A stretch of 64,000 bases of DNA from an uncultured Alphaproteobacteria bacterium. Lineage in GTDB: Bacteria > Pseudomonadota > Alphaproteobacteria > Rickettsiales > UBA998. Positions 48,562 to 58,661 of the stretch are shown here, piece by piece; position 1 is the stretch's first letter; every line of letters starts with the position of its first letter. The stretch spans positions 16,086-80,085 of the forward strand of contig CAWDMW010000001.1 in the NCBI GenBank assembly GCA_963803575.1, in the 5' to 3' direction. The position numbers and the translations under genes were made by a program. The notes beneath the pieces are model-generated. The model had not been told where the DNA came from and made no database searches. It saw nothing but the letters and a program-made list of their open reading frames with translations.

Positions 48562-49062
48562 TTACCATGGTTCCCATGAAAAAACAGGGGTAATATGCTG
48601 CAATAGCAGTTCATTTATCAGAAAGTAGGTAATAATGCCAAATACAGCAGCAGCAATGTCATCCACCATCACACCAAAACCATTCTTGAAGTTTTTGTCC
48701 AGCCATGAGATAGGCCATGGCTTGATGATGTCGAAGAAACGAAACAGTAAAAACGCCAGCGCATACCCAAACAGCGTAGGTGGCATAAAGGCAAGCATCA
48801 ACCATTGGCCAGCTACTTCGTCAATCACCACTTCTTTTGGGTCTTTATCCGCTGATTGATTCATTTCAATATAGAGATCGGTAATCCAGATACCTCCAAC
48901 AAACACAAACATGGAAATGATGCCAAGCATCAACGAACCAAATGCGTTATGGATAATATACCCAAGCGGCAATGACAGCAACGATGCAAACGTTCCGGGA
49001 GCAATGGGAGCGTTACCAATGCCAAACCAGGTAGCAAGAAAGGAATTAAGATTATTTTTCAT
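48562..49062 (-). CDS. pgpA: Phosphatidylglycerophosphatase A
   Basis: Contains WFGIGNAPIAPGTFASL, DPKEVVIDEVAGQW and FRFFDIIKPWPI. Confidence 0.9.
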   Translation of the reverse strand: MKNNLNSFLATWFGIGNAPIAPGTFASLLSLPLGYIIHNAFGSLMLGIISMFVFVGGIWITDLYIEMNQSADKDPKEVVIDEVAGQWLMLAFMPPTLFGYALAFLLFRFFDIIKPWPISWLDKNFKNGFGVMVDDIAAAVFGIITYFLINELLLQHITPVFSWEPW

Positions 49063-49070
49063 AAGAATTC

Positions 49071-50273
49071 TTATACCATAGTTTGGGGTAAAGTGACTGT
49101 GACAATTGCATGAACCGCCAATCCTTCCTCCTTCCCCTCAAACCCTAATGTTTCTGTCGTTGTGGCTTTAACATTAATACGATGTGTATCTGTTTGCATT
49201 ATGTCAGCAATACGTTTGGTCATCGCCTCGCGGTAAGGAGTAATTTTTGGTCTTTCACCTATAATAGTAATATCAGCATGAATAAAATATCCATTTGCCT
49301 CATGCAATAGTTTCAGCGCATGTGAGATGAATATTGCTGAATCTTTGTTCTGATGTGTCATATCACTGGGAGGGAAATGCAGCCCTATATCCCCCTGCCC
49401 GATTGCACCAAGCAACCCATCCGTCAGCGCATGCAACACCACATCCGCGTCCGAATGCCCACGCAAATAATGCGTATGCTCAATGTCAATTCCTCCCAAA
49501 CGGATCACTTGTTCGCCATCAGTGTTATGTGGCACCAGCTGGTGAACGTCATACCCTAATCCTGTACGGCTTGCATACGATGTTTGCGCTATCATTCTTG
49601 CCATCTCCAAATCATTAGCGGTTGTGATTTTAAACGATTGTGGGTGACCTTTAACAACACTCACCACATGACCAGCATGTTCACACAACATTGCATCATC
49701 TGTCATGTGTCGCCAGTTTTGGGTTATTGCATCATTATGCGCCCTGTAAAGCGTAGAATAATGGAATGCTTGCGGTGTCTGAATCGCATGAAGCAAGTCA
49801 CGGCTTACGGTTTCTTTGACATACTTGTCCTGCACACGTTTAACGGTATCAGACACACTAATTGCAGGTATTACAGCTATAGAGTCTTCCAACTCTGCCA
49901 GTAAACGCGTCACGACATCTTGTGAGACAAACGGGCGTGCAGCATCATGAATCAGCACATAATCTGGCGGCATTGGCTGCAACATTTGAAGAGCAGCATA
50001 CACAGATGCTTGCCTCGTGTTGCCTCCATAAACATGTTCAACCGAACCATCCAGTGTGATGCATTGATTTAGCCATGTATCATGATCTTTATGGCTAACC
50101 ACTATATAGCGTACATTATCTCCGGTTACGCCACGCATTGCTTGCAAAGCATGTTGCAAAACACTTACAGCTCCCAATGTTGCATATTGTTTAGGGCAAT
50201 TTGCTAAACAACGCTCCCCTGTCCCACCTGCCAAAAGGATAACTGCCAAAGGAAGAGAAGTATTTGTCACCAT
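49071..50273 (-). CDS. ispDF: Bifunctional IspD/IspF (MEP cytidylyltransferase / MEcPP synthase)
   Basis: The N-terminal half has AVILLAGGTGERC..PKQY (IspD). The C-terminal half has RTGLGYDVHQL..GHSDADVVLHALTDGLLGA (IspF). This fusion is typical of alphaproteobacteria. Confidence 0.93.
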   Translation of the reverse strand: MVTNTSLPLAVILLAGGTGERCLANCPKQYATLGAVSVLQHALQAMRGVTGDNVRYIVVSHKDHDTWLNQCITLDGSVEHVYGGNTRQASVYAALQMLQPMPPDYVLIHDAARPFVSQDVVTRLLAELEDSIAVIPAISVSDTVKRVQDKYVKETVSRDLLHAIQTPQAFHYSTLYRAHNDAITQNWRHMTDDAMLCEHAGHVVSVVKGHPQSFKITTANDLEMARMIAQTSYASRTGLGYDVHQLVPHNTDGEQVIRLGGIDIEHTHYLRGHSDADVVLHALTDGLLGAIGQGDIGLHFPPSDMTHQNKDSAIFISHALKLLHEANGYFIHADITIIGERPKITPYREAMTKRIADIMQTDTHRINVKATTTETLGFEGKEEGLAVHAIVTVTLPQTMV

Positions 50274-50291
50274 TAATACCGTTATTTTTAC

Positions 50292-50328
50292 AAAAAAGCA
50301 CTACTCCGCAATAGAGTAGTGCTTTTTC
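50292..50328. terminator. Bidirectional rho-independent terminator between rpsD and ispDF
   Basis: Perfect 9-bp stem gcactactc (50298-50306) / gagtagtgc (50314-50322), flanked by A6 on the left and T5 on the right. Confidence 0.8.
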
Positions 50329-50341
50329 AAGATGCAAGTTA

Positions 50342-50959
50342 CTAACGTGAGTAAAATTCGATAACCAGATTTGGTTCCATAATAACAGGATAAGGAATAT
50401 CGGTAAAGATAGGTACACGAGTAAACGTAGCTTTCAGATTACCACCTTCAACTTCAACATAGTCAGGCACTTGGCGTTCAGCATTTTGCAATGCTTCCAG
50501 CACCATAGGAATCTGGCGAGATGATTCTTTTACTTCAACCACATCACCTGTCTTCAATTTATAGCTAGGGATATTAACACGTTTGCCATTCACTTTTACA
50601 TGGCCGTGATTAATAAACTGGCGAGCAGCAAACACGGTTGGCACAACACCCATGCGATACACGAATGCACATAAACGCGACTCTAATAATCCTACAAGAT
50701 TTTCAGACGTATCACCTTTCAAGCGTACTGCTTCTTTATAGATACTATGAAACTGCTTCTCGGAAAGATTACCATAGTAACCTTTTAGTTTTTGTTTTGC
50801 ACGTAATTGCAAACCATAATCTGATATTTTGCGACGACGTGCGGCACCGTGCTGACCAGGTGCATATTCACGCTTAAGTACGGGATCTTTTGCACGACCC
50901 CAAATATTTTCGCCCATGCGGCGGCTTAGCTTATATTTCGCTTGTACTCGTTTTGACAC
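50342..50959 (-). CDS. rpsD: 30S ribosomal protein S4
   Basis: [45 protein letters not shown]...[25 protein letters not shown]. Confidence 0.97.
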   Translation of the reverse strand: MSKRVQAKYKLSRRMGENIWGRAKDPVLKREYAPGQHGAARRRKISDYGLQLRAKQKLKGYYGNLSEKQFHSIYKEAVRLKGDTSENLVGLLESRLCAFVYRMGVVPTVFAARQFINHGHVKVNGKRVNIPSYKLKTGDVVEVKESSRQIPMVLEALQNAERQVPDYVEVEGGNLKATFTRVPIFTDIPYPVIMEPNLVIEFYSR

Positions 50960-51047
50960 TTTCGAATGTTCCCGTATAAATAATGATACTATTAGTAATA
51001 ATCAGCGGGCAATATAGCGTATTATTTCGACCTGTCAAGAAAAGAAG

Positions 51048-51500
51048 TTACCCTCTTACAGGAGTTCGTGATGATGCTTGCTGTGGTGCTGGCGGGGTTG
51101 TTCCAGGAGTCAGTCCACCAATAATTTCACCACCATCTTTGGCTGCAACCTGCGCTGTATGGACAACACCTTCTACACCACCTTTAGCGGCTCCAACACC
51201 AGCACCTACGGTAAACCCGCCCAAAGCAAACTTTAATCCATACCCAATGGCACTGGAAAACATATTGGTGTCTTTACCTTCTTTTGAACCTTTATGTCCT
51301 TCAGCTGCTCCGTAAGCCAAACCTACTAAACCTCCAATTTTTGCTCCTATTGCGCCAATGCCAAATCCTTCTTCCACAGCATGCACGACAGTTTTTCCTG
51401 CATTCATGGCACCGTTGAATGGCAGCTTGACAATATCTACGAAAAACTTGGCAATCCCTTTAGCCGCGTCAATAGCTGGTGATATAACGGGTATTCTCAT
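51048..51500 (-). CDS. Leaderless glycine-zipper-rich hypothetical protein
   Basis: 150 aa with GAGG 9 nt upstream of the ATG. Contains repeated GxxxG/A stretches (GIGAIGAKIGGLVGLAYGAAEG; GGFTVGAGVGAAKGGVEG) and has no signal peptide. The opposite-strand P/A/T-rich ORF 50983..51315 is its mirror image. Confidence 0.5.
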   Translation of the reverse strand: MRIPVISPAIDAAKGIAKFFVDIVKLPFNGAMNAGKTVVHAVEEGFGIGAIGAKIGGLVGLAYGAAEGHKGSKEGKDTNMFSSAIGYGLKFALGGFTVGAGVGAAKGGVEGVVHTAQVAAKDGGEIIGGLTPGTTPPAPQQASSRTPVRG

Positions 51501-51600
51501 ATTACGTACCTCATTTGAATAAACATCTCTTTTTCCATGCTCTCTATACTACTCTGTAAAGCCTACAATGTGGATGACATTTATATGACAATCTTGATCG

Positions 51601-52332
51601 TTAATGCTTTAAAGCTTTCATAATGCTATGCCACCGTCTCACCTGAGTGGAAGTCATCCCAGCCTGCATAATATCATGACGCACATGCCTGAGAAGCTGT
51701 TGAAATTTTGGCTTACCGTAGAAGCCAGAAGACTGCTCCAGCATGTGCTTTAACTGTTGATATAACATAGCAGATTCTTCAACGGTTGCGTAGTCTATTG
51801 GTTTGATATTATGCTCGGCATCAGATATGTGTTTTACAGTGCTACCATTGACTGCCCCAAACCATTCATAGGCAACCACCATTACAGCCTGTGCCAAATT
51901 ACAGGAACGATAGGCGGCGCACGGGATGGTCATGATTGCGTGGCACCAGCTTAGTTCCTCATTAAGCAGCCCGTTATTTTCTGCTCCAAATACGTAAGCT
52001 ATTTTCTGACTATCATGCGCAGCATAATGCTGCATTGCAGTACGGGGTGTATCAACGGGCATATCAACAGAACGTGACCGAGCAGTGGTTGCATAAGCAT
52101 GATGACAATCATGTAGTGCCTGATCCAGCGTATCGTATAATTGCACCTGATCTATAATATCTTTTGCATTCGCAGCCATTGCATATGCACGCTCATTTGG
52201 CCAGACATCACGAGGAGCAACCAGTCGCAAATCAGATAAGCCGAAATTCGCCATAGCCCGAGCCGCCGCCCCAATATTCTCGCCCATTTGAGGGCGTGCT
52301 AATATAATGGCAGGTTGTCTGATTCTATCCAT
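51601..52332 (-). CDS. SpoU/TrmH-family RNA 2'-O-methyltransferase (TrmJ/LasT-like)
   Basis: Contains [32 protein letters not shown], the FGAENNGL motif and a NLAQAVMVV trefoil-knot segment. Confidence 0.85.
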   Translation of the reverse strand: MDRIRQPAIILARPQMGENIGAAARAMANFGLSDLRLVAPRDVWPNERAYAMAANAKDIIDQVQLYDTLDQALHDCHHAYATTARSRSVDMPVDTPRTAMQHYAAHDSQKIAYVFGAENNGLLNEELSWCHAIMTIPCAAYRSCNLAQAVMVVAYEWFGAVNGSTVKHISDAEHNIKPIDYATVEESAMLYQQLKHMLEQSSGFYGKPKFQQLLRHVRHDIMQAGMTSTQVRRWHSIMKALKH

Positions 52333-52402
52333 AGGAAAGCATATAAATCATTTCAACGCTTTATGCTTGCATTATTTCGGGAAATCTATATATCCATCCA
52401 TT

Positions 52403-52621
52403 ATGGCAAAAGAAGAACTCATTGAATTTGAAGGTGTAGTACAAGAAGTGCTACCAAACACCATGTTTCGTGTCACGTTAGAAAACGGGCATGAAATGTT
52501 AGCACATAGCTCTGGAAGAATGCGTAAAAACCGCATTAGAGTGTTGGCAGGAGATAAGGTAACAGTAGAAATGACCCCTTACGACCTGACAAAAGGCCGT
52601 ATTATTTATCGGCATAAATAA
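52403..52621 (+). CDS. infA: Translation initiation factor IF-1
   Basis: [72 protein letters not shown] (72 aa). The track ORF starts too far upstream. Confidence 0.97.
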   Translation: MAKEELIEFEGVVQEVLPNTMFRVTLENGHEMLAHSSGRMRKNRIRVLAGDKVTVEMTPYDLTKGRIIYRHK

Positions 52622-52778
52622 AGTCCTACTTGTGCAGGTAAGCCCTAAAAACATTTATTGCTTAAAAAAACACTTGCAAAAAAGTACGCATCAGGCTTTA
52701 ACCCTCATCAACTTAAAATGTGCAGTACGTAGCACATCGTTAGTTTACTAAAATAGATACATTAAGGAGATAACCATT

Positions 52779-53015
52779 ATGAGTACGATTGAAGATCGTG
52801 TAAAAAAGATCGTTGTAGAACATTTGGGTGTGGATGATGAAAAAGTTGTCGCTAGTGCAAACTTTATTGATGATTTAGGCGCTGATAGTCTGGACACGGT
52901 AGAACTGGTTATGGCTTTTGAAGAAGAATTTGGCTGTGAAATTCCAGACGACGCTGCTGAAAAAATTCAGACTGTTGGTGATGCAACAACCTATCTTGAA
53001 GAACACGCGGAATAA
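52779..53015 (+). CDS. acpP: Acyl carrier protein
   Basis: Contains the [21 protein letters not shown] phosphopantetheine site and has an AAGGAGA SD upstream. Confidence 0.97.
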   Translation: MSTIEDRVKKIVVEHLGVDDEKVVASANFIDDLGADSLDTVELVMAFEEEFGCEIPDDAAEKIQTVGDATTYLEEHAE

Positions 53016-53023
53016 TAGTGACC

Positions 53024-54280
53024 ATGCGCCGTGTAGTTGTCACTGGCTTAGGCCTGGTTAGCCCACTTGCTAACGGGGTAAAGCCTACTTGGGATGCTTT
53101 GACACAAGGCAAGTCAGGCATTAAAGAAATTCAAGGGTTTGACACTAGCGACTTATCATGTAAAGTCGCGGCGCAGCTTCCTGTTGGTACTGATGCAGGA
53201 CAGTTTAATCCAGATGAAGTACTTCCTGCAAAAGACCGTAAAAAGATTGACCCATTTATTCTGTATGCTATTGCAGCTGCTCGCGAAGCAGTGCAACACT
53301 CCGAATGGAGCGCTGATACAGAAGAAAAGCAAACACGTACAGGGGTACTTATCGGCTCTGGCATTGGCGGCTTGCAAAAAATGCAGGAAAGTGTCACGCT
53401 CCTTAACGAAAAAGGCCCCCGGCGTATTAGTCCCTTCTTCATTCCAAGTTGTCTGGTCAATCTGGCGTCAGGTCAGGTTTCCATTGAGCATGGATTTAAA
53501 GGGCCAAATCAGGCAGTCGTAACAGCATGTTCTACCGGAGCGCACGCTATTGGAGATGCCGCAGAAATTATTAAAAGAGATGACGCGGATATTATGATTG
53601 CTGGTGGTGCGGAAGCCGCTATTTGCCGCGTAGGCGTGGCAGGGTTTGTCGCTGCGCGTGCCTTATCAACCAACTTTAATGATCGACCAACTGAAGCGTC
53701 ACGCCCATGGGATCAGGATCGCGATGGATTTGTAATGGGTGAAGGTGCTGGTATCGTGGTTTTAGAAGAATACGAACACGCAAAAAAACGTGGTGCCACC
53801 ATTTACGGAGAGTTACTGGGTTACGGATTATCTGGTGATGCATACCATATTACGGCTCCGGCAGAAGGACATGAAGGTGGTTATCGTTCCATGCAAATGG
53901 CGATGAAGAAAGCGAAGTTGAACCCTGAAGATATCGACTACGTCAACGCTCATGGCACATCTACTCCGCTAGGTGATACACTTGAATTACAAGCGGTTAA
54001 ACGTCTGTTTGGTGATGCTGCTTATGATATGTCTATGTCATCAACAAAGTCGGCAATAGGCCATTTGCTCGGTGCGGCCGGAAGTGTTGAAGCAATCTTT
54101 TCACTGCTAGCCATGCGGGATCAACTCTGCCCTCCAACATTAAATTTGCATAACCCGTCTGACGGCTGTGATCTGGATTTAATCCCTCATAAAGCCAAGG
54201 AACGTACAGTCGATTACGTGCTTTCTAATGCATTCGGGTTTGGTGGCACAAATTCTACTTTAATTTTTGGCCGTGTATAG
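53024..54280 (+). CDS. fabF: 3-oxoacyl-ACP synthase II
   Basis: MRRVVVTGLG, the ACSTGAHAIGDA active-site Cys, the HGTSTPLGD / GHLLGAAG His pair and FGFGGTNSTLIF. Confidence 0.95.
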   Translation: MRRVVVTGLGLVSPLANGVKPTWDALTQGKSGIKEIQGFDTSDLSCKVAAQLPVGTDAGQFNPDEVLPAKDRKKIDPFILYAIAAAREAVQHSEWSADTEEKQTRTGVLIGSGIGGLQKMQESVTLLNEKGPRRISPFFIPSCLVNLASGQVSIEHGFKGPNQAVVTACSTGAHAIGDAAEIIKRDDADIMIAGGAEAAICRVGVAGFVAARALSTNFNDRPTEASRPWDQDRDGFVMGEGAGIVVLEEYEHAKKRGATIYGELLGYGLSGDAYHITAPAEGHEGGYRSMQMAMKKAKLNPEDIDYVNAHGTSTPLGDTLELQAVKRLFGDAAYDMSMSSTKSAIGHLLGAAGSVEAIFSLLAMRDQLCPPTLNLHNPSDGCDLDLIPHKAKERTVDYVLSNAFGFGGTNSTLIFGRV

Positions 54281-54308
54281 ACGCTGGTCAAAGGCGTTAT
54301 CTTAGCAT

Positions 54309-55301
54309 ATGCCTTTACGCCGTATTATTTGGACATGTGTTTTTCTAATTATTGTTGCTTTGAGCGGTGCTTACATAAGCTACACACATTTTTTGGATAC
54401 ATTCTGGCGTCAACCCGTTACAACGCTATCTTCGAGTGTAGAAGTAACTATCCCCAAAGGAATGAGTTCAAACCGTATTATTCGTACACTTAGAGAGGCA
54501 AACATATTATCTGGCTCTACAGACGTCATGTTATTTCATCTCTATGCCAGAAGGTTTCAACATACGGTGCGATATCAGGCGGGAGACTATTTTTTTCCCG
54601 TAAGCGTGACCCCGGAGATAGTAAGTTTGGCAATGGTGAAAGGCCATATTATCAAACGTAGTCTGACGATACCGGAAGGATGGCTGGTAGATGATATCAC
54701 TGCTCTGTTAAAAGCACATCCGCTACTATCAGGGGATATTACCAAGATGCCAAAAGAAGGGTATCTATTGCCGGAAACATATCAGTTTATTCGTGCGCAA
54801 TCACGCCAGTCCGTTATTGATATTATGCAGCGTGCCATGCAACGCACATTGGCAAAAGAATGGGAAGCGCGGCAGGATGGATTGCCTCTATCTAACCCGG
54901 ACGAAGCGTTGATACTTGCATCCATCATAGAAAAGGAAACGGGCGAAGCCTCTGAACGTAGTCAGGTTGCAGGGGTATTTATTAATCGCTTAAACAAAGG
55001 CATGAAACTACAATCAGACCCAACAGCGAATTATGGTATTTACCGGGAAACGGGTACGTTGAACAAACGCCTCTTTCGCAAAGATATTCAGCATACCTCA
55101 CCTTATAATACTTACCATATTGCAGGGCTTCCGCCTTCCCCAATATGCAACCCAGGGCGTGCAAGTATTCATGCCGCGCTAAACCCTGCACCTACCGATG
55201 CATTATATTTTGTTGCTGATGGAAAAGGTGGCCATGTATTTGCCAAAACACTTAGCGAGCATAACCGTAATGTGGCAGCGTACCACCGTACGCTGAAGTG
55301 A
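54309..55301 (+). CDS. mltG: Endolytic murein transglycosylase MltG (YceG-like)
   Basis: N-terminal TM, then LASIIEKETG..ERSQVAGVFINRL..MKLQSDPT..Y..SPYNTY...GLPP.PICNPG. Confidence 0.9.
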   Translation: MPLRRIIWTCVFLIIVALSGAYISYTHFLDTFWRQPVTTLSSSVEVTIPKGMSSNRIIRTLREANILSGSTDVMLFHLYARRFQHTVRYQAGDYFFPVSVTPEIVSLAMVKGHIIKRSLTIPEGWLVDDITALLKAHPLLSGDITKMPKEGYLLPETYQFIRAQSRQSVIDIMQRAMQRTLAKEWEARQDGLPLSNPDEALILASIIEKETGEASERSQVAGVFINRLNKGMKLQSDPTANYGIYRETGTLNKRLFRKDIQHTSPYNTYHIAGLPPSPICNPGRASIHAALNPAPTDALYFVADGKGGHVFAKTLSEHNRNVAAYHRTLK

Positions 55302-55304
55302 ACG

Positions 55305-55790
55305 CTATTCTTCAAAAAGGTCTGCTGATTCAACTCCCCATAGATATTGCTTTCGTACCCACCCTGATACCGTATCACCTGCATAGGGAATATTTACATT
55401 ACACCAAGTAATCCGACACGTAACAGGTAATACAACCACATGCCTCGCCATTTTAGCTATCACACTGGCATTATTGTCCGGATGCGTATGGACTAGCACG
55501 TTGTGGCTATTCGACATGGCGGTACGAACGGTACTCAATAATCGCGAATATATCCATCCCGTCTCTCCTTCCTTATCCTGCACCTGCACCCATTCATGAT
55601 GTTTGGCAATCACTTTTAATGGCAGGCCACGTGCGGTGTACGTCCATAAGATAGGGTGCATTTTCCCCGGCCCCACGCGCATATTTACCTTGCCGGATCG
55701 CAAAGACATATACTCTGTCTGTGCTGCATCAGCGGTGTCATGTAAACCAACACAACAACATATAGCGATAAGGATAAGATAATAAGGCAT
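55305..55790 (-). CDS. Secreted bacterial SH3-domain protein (DUF1058-like)
   Basis: Signal peptide, then two SH3b-like segments (VNMRVGPG..HPILWTYTARGLPLKVI..EWVQVQDKEGETGWI). Confidence 0.65.
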   Translation of the reverse strand: MPYYLILIAICCCVGLHDTADAAQTEYMSLRSGKVNMRVGPGKMHPILWTYTARGLPLKVIAKHHEWVQVQDKEGETGWIYSRLLSTVRTAMSNSHNVLVHTHPDNNASVIAKMARHVVVLPVTCRITWCNVNIPYAGDTVSGWVRKQYLWGVESADLFEE

Positions 55791-55793
55791 TGT

Positions 55794-57170
55794 TTAAAAA
55801 TGTTCGCTAGCGGTAGAAAAATAGGATTCAACCTGTTTAATAGATTCAGCCATACTTACCATAATAACACTGTCATTTTCATGCAATACATCAGTGTCTT
55901 TGGGTAAAATAAGTACGTGATTGCGTAAAATCGCGCTAAGTGACACGTCTTTTGGCAGGTCAAGACTTCCAACCACTTTACCAAGCAACTCTGATTCCTT
56001 ATGCACCTGCGCCTCAATAATTTCAGCAGCTCCTTCGAGCAATGAGTAGACCCCATTGATCCGTCCCCGGCGAATATGGCGCAAAATGCTGGAAACGGTT
56101 GTCTGCCTTGGGTTAACTAATACATCAATACCCAGATTTTGCAGCATTGGAATGTAGGCAGGGTTATTCACCAGCGTCACGGTTCGCTTACATCCCAATT
56201 TCTTCGCAAGCAGTGATGCCAAAATATTGACTTTATCATCATTTGTAACCGCGACAAGCGTTTCAGTCATTTCAATGTCGCACTCGCCTAATATCTCTTT
56301 GTCTAACCCACTTCCGTGTATAACTGTTGTGTCCTCTAAACCTTCCACAATATGGCGGGCGCGGTCATAGGTTAACTCAATCAGCTTTGCTTTCACGTGA
56401 TGATCTTCATGCTCAATCGTTTGTGCAACACTCAAACCAATATTACCACCGCCTAAAATAATCAGCCGCCGTGCTTCCTGTTCATGATGCCCAAACAGTG
56501 CCAGTGTTTTGTCCAAATGCTTACGTTCCGCCAGTAAATATACCACATCATCATCACGTAATATGGTCGTTGGTTTGGGGATACGAAAACGGTTTTCTTT
56601 GACTACACCCAGCAAAGCAATATTATGTGGAATAATACGCTCACAAATAATCTTAAACGGTAAGTTGCTTAACGGACAATTCGCCTCGCATCGTATAGCC
56701 AGCATCTGCACTTCACCATTGGCAAAAGGTACAGAATCAAGCGCTCCGGGAACATGCAAACGCCGCATAATGGCAGAGGCTACCTCCATTTCAGGAGAAA
56801 TGATAATATCTATGGGCAAATGATCCAGCCGATATAAATCACTCCATGCCGGTGCAAGATAGTCAGGTTGGCGAATACGGGCAACCTTGGTCGGAATATT
56901 AAACAATGAACGTGCTATCTGACAGGTAATCATATTCACTTCATCAGAATACGTTACCGCAATAAGCATGTCGCAATTATCTGCACCAGCCTGCTGCAAA
57001 ACAGATGGATAGGAAGCCATGCCTGTGATAGCTTTCACATCCAGCGTATCATTAATCTCGCGTATAAGATCAGCATTTTTATCAATAACAGTGATGACAT
57101 TGCCTTCTCCTGCAAGTTGCTCAGCAATGCTACGACCTACCTGACCTGCTCCACAAATAATAATATTCAT
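55794..57170 (-). CDS. trkA: Trk potassium-uptake system NAD-binding protein
   Basis: MNIIICGAGQVGRSIAEQL and a second Rossmann motif LIILGGGNIGLSVAQ, i.e. two RCK_N/RCK_C pairs. It lies downstream of ntrX, as in many alphaproteobacteria. Confidence 0.92.
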   Translation of the reverse strand: MNIIICGAGQVGRSIAEQLAGEGNVITVIDKNADLIREINDTLDVKAITGMASYPSVLQQAGADNCDMLIAVTYSDEVNMITCQIARSLFNIPTKVARIRQPDYLAPAWSDLYRLDHLPIDIIISPEMEVASAIMRRLHVPGALDSVPFANGEVQMLAIRCEANCPLSNLPFKIICERIIPHNIALLGVVKENRFRIPKPTTILRDDDVVYLLAERKHLDKTLALFGHHEQEARRLIILGGGNIGLSVAQTIEHEDHHVKAKLIELTYDRARHIVEGLEDTTVIHGSGLDKEILGECDIEMTETLVAVTNDDKVNILASLLAKKLGCKRTVTLVNNPAYIPMLQNLGIDVLVNPRQTTVSSILRHIRRGRINGVYSLLEGAAEIIEAQVHKESELLGKVVGSLDLPKDVSLSAILRNHVLILPKDTDVLHENDSVIMVSMAESIKQVESYFSTASEHF

Positions 57171-57203
57171 GACACGCAACCATTCATAGTAAACTGACCT
57201 GCA

Positions 57204-58598
57204 TTAAGCTGGGATTTTCTCGTCGTTGTGAATGCCCAGCAACTTCAGTTTCCGGTGCAAGGCAGAACGCTCCATGCCAATGAAAGAAGCTGTCTTGGAA
57301 ATATTACCACCAAAACGCGAAATTTGTGTCATCAGATATTGCCGCTCAAACACCTCACGTGCTTCACGTAGTGGCATGGACATGATTGCGTTGCCATCAT
57401 CTGGTGCCTGCATGGTGTTATGCTGACCTTTCAATTCCGGTGGCAACATGCTTTCACCTATAACATTTAATGGCTTTTCCTGCGTCATAATGAGTGTCCA
57501 CTCAATCACATTACGCAAGTGCCGAATATTTCCCGGCCAATCATACGCTTGTAGCACGGCGACCGCGTCGGAGGTAAGTTCTGGTTTACTAATGCCAGCA
57601 GAGTGAGCGGATTGTTCAATAAAGAAGTTTGACAGTTCTTCAATATCTTCTCTACGTTCACGCAACGAAGGCATATGAATAGGCACAACATTTAGGCGGT
57701 AATAGAGATCCTCACGGAAATTACCCATCGCCATTTCTTCTTTCAGATCGCGGTTAGTGGAGGCAATCACACGTACATCAACCGATACACGTTTAGCACC
57801 CCGCACACGTTCAAAAGACTGATCGTGCAAAGTTTTCAGCATTTTCCCTTGCGTTTCTTTGTTCATGTCAGCGATTTCGTCAATGAATAATGTGCCACCA
57901 TGCGCGCGCTCGAACAGCCCCAGTTTTTCTGCGCCACCTCCCGGGTTGTTTGATTCAATGCCAAATAACTCTGCATCTACCTGCGATGGATGCAAACTAG
58001 CGGCGTTCAGTGTAATGAAAGGCCCTTTAGCACGCATGGAATGTTCGTGGAGCAAACGTGCAACCACTTCTTTGCCAGTTCCTTCTTCTCCGGTAATAAG
58101 TACACGGCTATTGGTCGGTGCTACTTTATCAATAACGGAGCGAATAGCGCAAATAGCGGGAGAGCTACCAAGCAAGGTATTTTCCACCTTACCACGCAAA
58201 CGTAATTCTGCATTTTCTTCGCGCAGGCGGGATAACTCGCTGGCTTTGTTCATCACGTGCAACAAATGCTCTGATTCAAACGGCTTTTCAATAAAATCGA
58301 ATGCACCCATTTTGATAGAGTTGACTGCTGTTTCAATATTGCCGTGACCGCTAATCATAATAATAGGCAGTGTGGGGTAACGTTCCTGACAAAGCTCTAA
58401 GATCCCTAACCCATCCAGTTCGCTTCCCTGCAACCAGATATCGAGTATCATTAGGCTTGGCACACGTTCGGCCAATGTTTTTAATGCTGAATCACTATTA
58501 TTTGCACGCCGGACAGAATACCCTTCATCTTCCAGTATTTCTGCGACTAAATCACGGATATCAGCTTCGTCGTCCACTATCAGAACGTCATTAAACAT
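57204..58598 (-). CDS. ntrX: Sigma-54-type response regulator NtrX
   Basis: REC domain (VLIVDDEADIRD..DIWL), AAA+ core (VLITGEEGTGKEVVARLLH, GGTLFIDEI) and a C-terminal Fis-type HTH. Confidence 0.9.
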   Translation of the reverse strand: MFNDVLIVDDEADIRDLVAEILEDEGYSVRRANNSDSALKTLAERVPSLMILDIWLQGSELDGLGILELCQERYPTLPIIMISGHGNIETAVNSIKMGAFDFIEKPFESEHLLHVMNKASELSRLREENAELRLRGKVENTLLGSSPAICAIRSVIDKVAPTNSRVLITGEEGTGKEVVARLLHEHSMRAKGPFITLNAASLHPSQVDAELFGIESNNPGGGAEKLGLFERAHGGTLFIDEIADMNKETQGKMLKTLHDQSFERVRGAKRVSVDVRVIASTNRDLKEEMAMGNFREDLYYRLNVVPIHMPSLRERREDIEELSNFFIEQSAHSAGISKPELTSDAVAVLQAYDWPGNIRHLRNVIEWTLIMTQEKPLNVIGESMLPPELKGQHNTMQAPDDGNAIMSMPLREAREVFERQYLMTQISRFGGNISKTASFIGMERSALHRKLKLLGIHNDEKIPA

Positions 58599-58661
58599 AC
58601 CTTTCTTCTCCTGTCATTTAAGCCTTGTGATATGTTAATCACACATCGCGTTGGAGCTACA

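Noticed and set aside
50983-51315. 110-aa P/A/T-rich plus-strand ORF as the real gene at this locus, instead of the glycine-rich minus-strand ORF.
   Set aside because: It is the codon mirror of the Gly-rich frame (GGN versus NCC) and lacks a convincing SD, while the minus-strand ORF has GAGG 9 nt upstream of its ATG. Strand-specific RNA-seq would settle the question.
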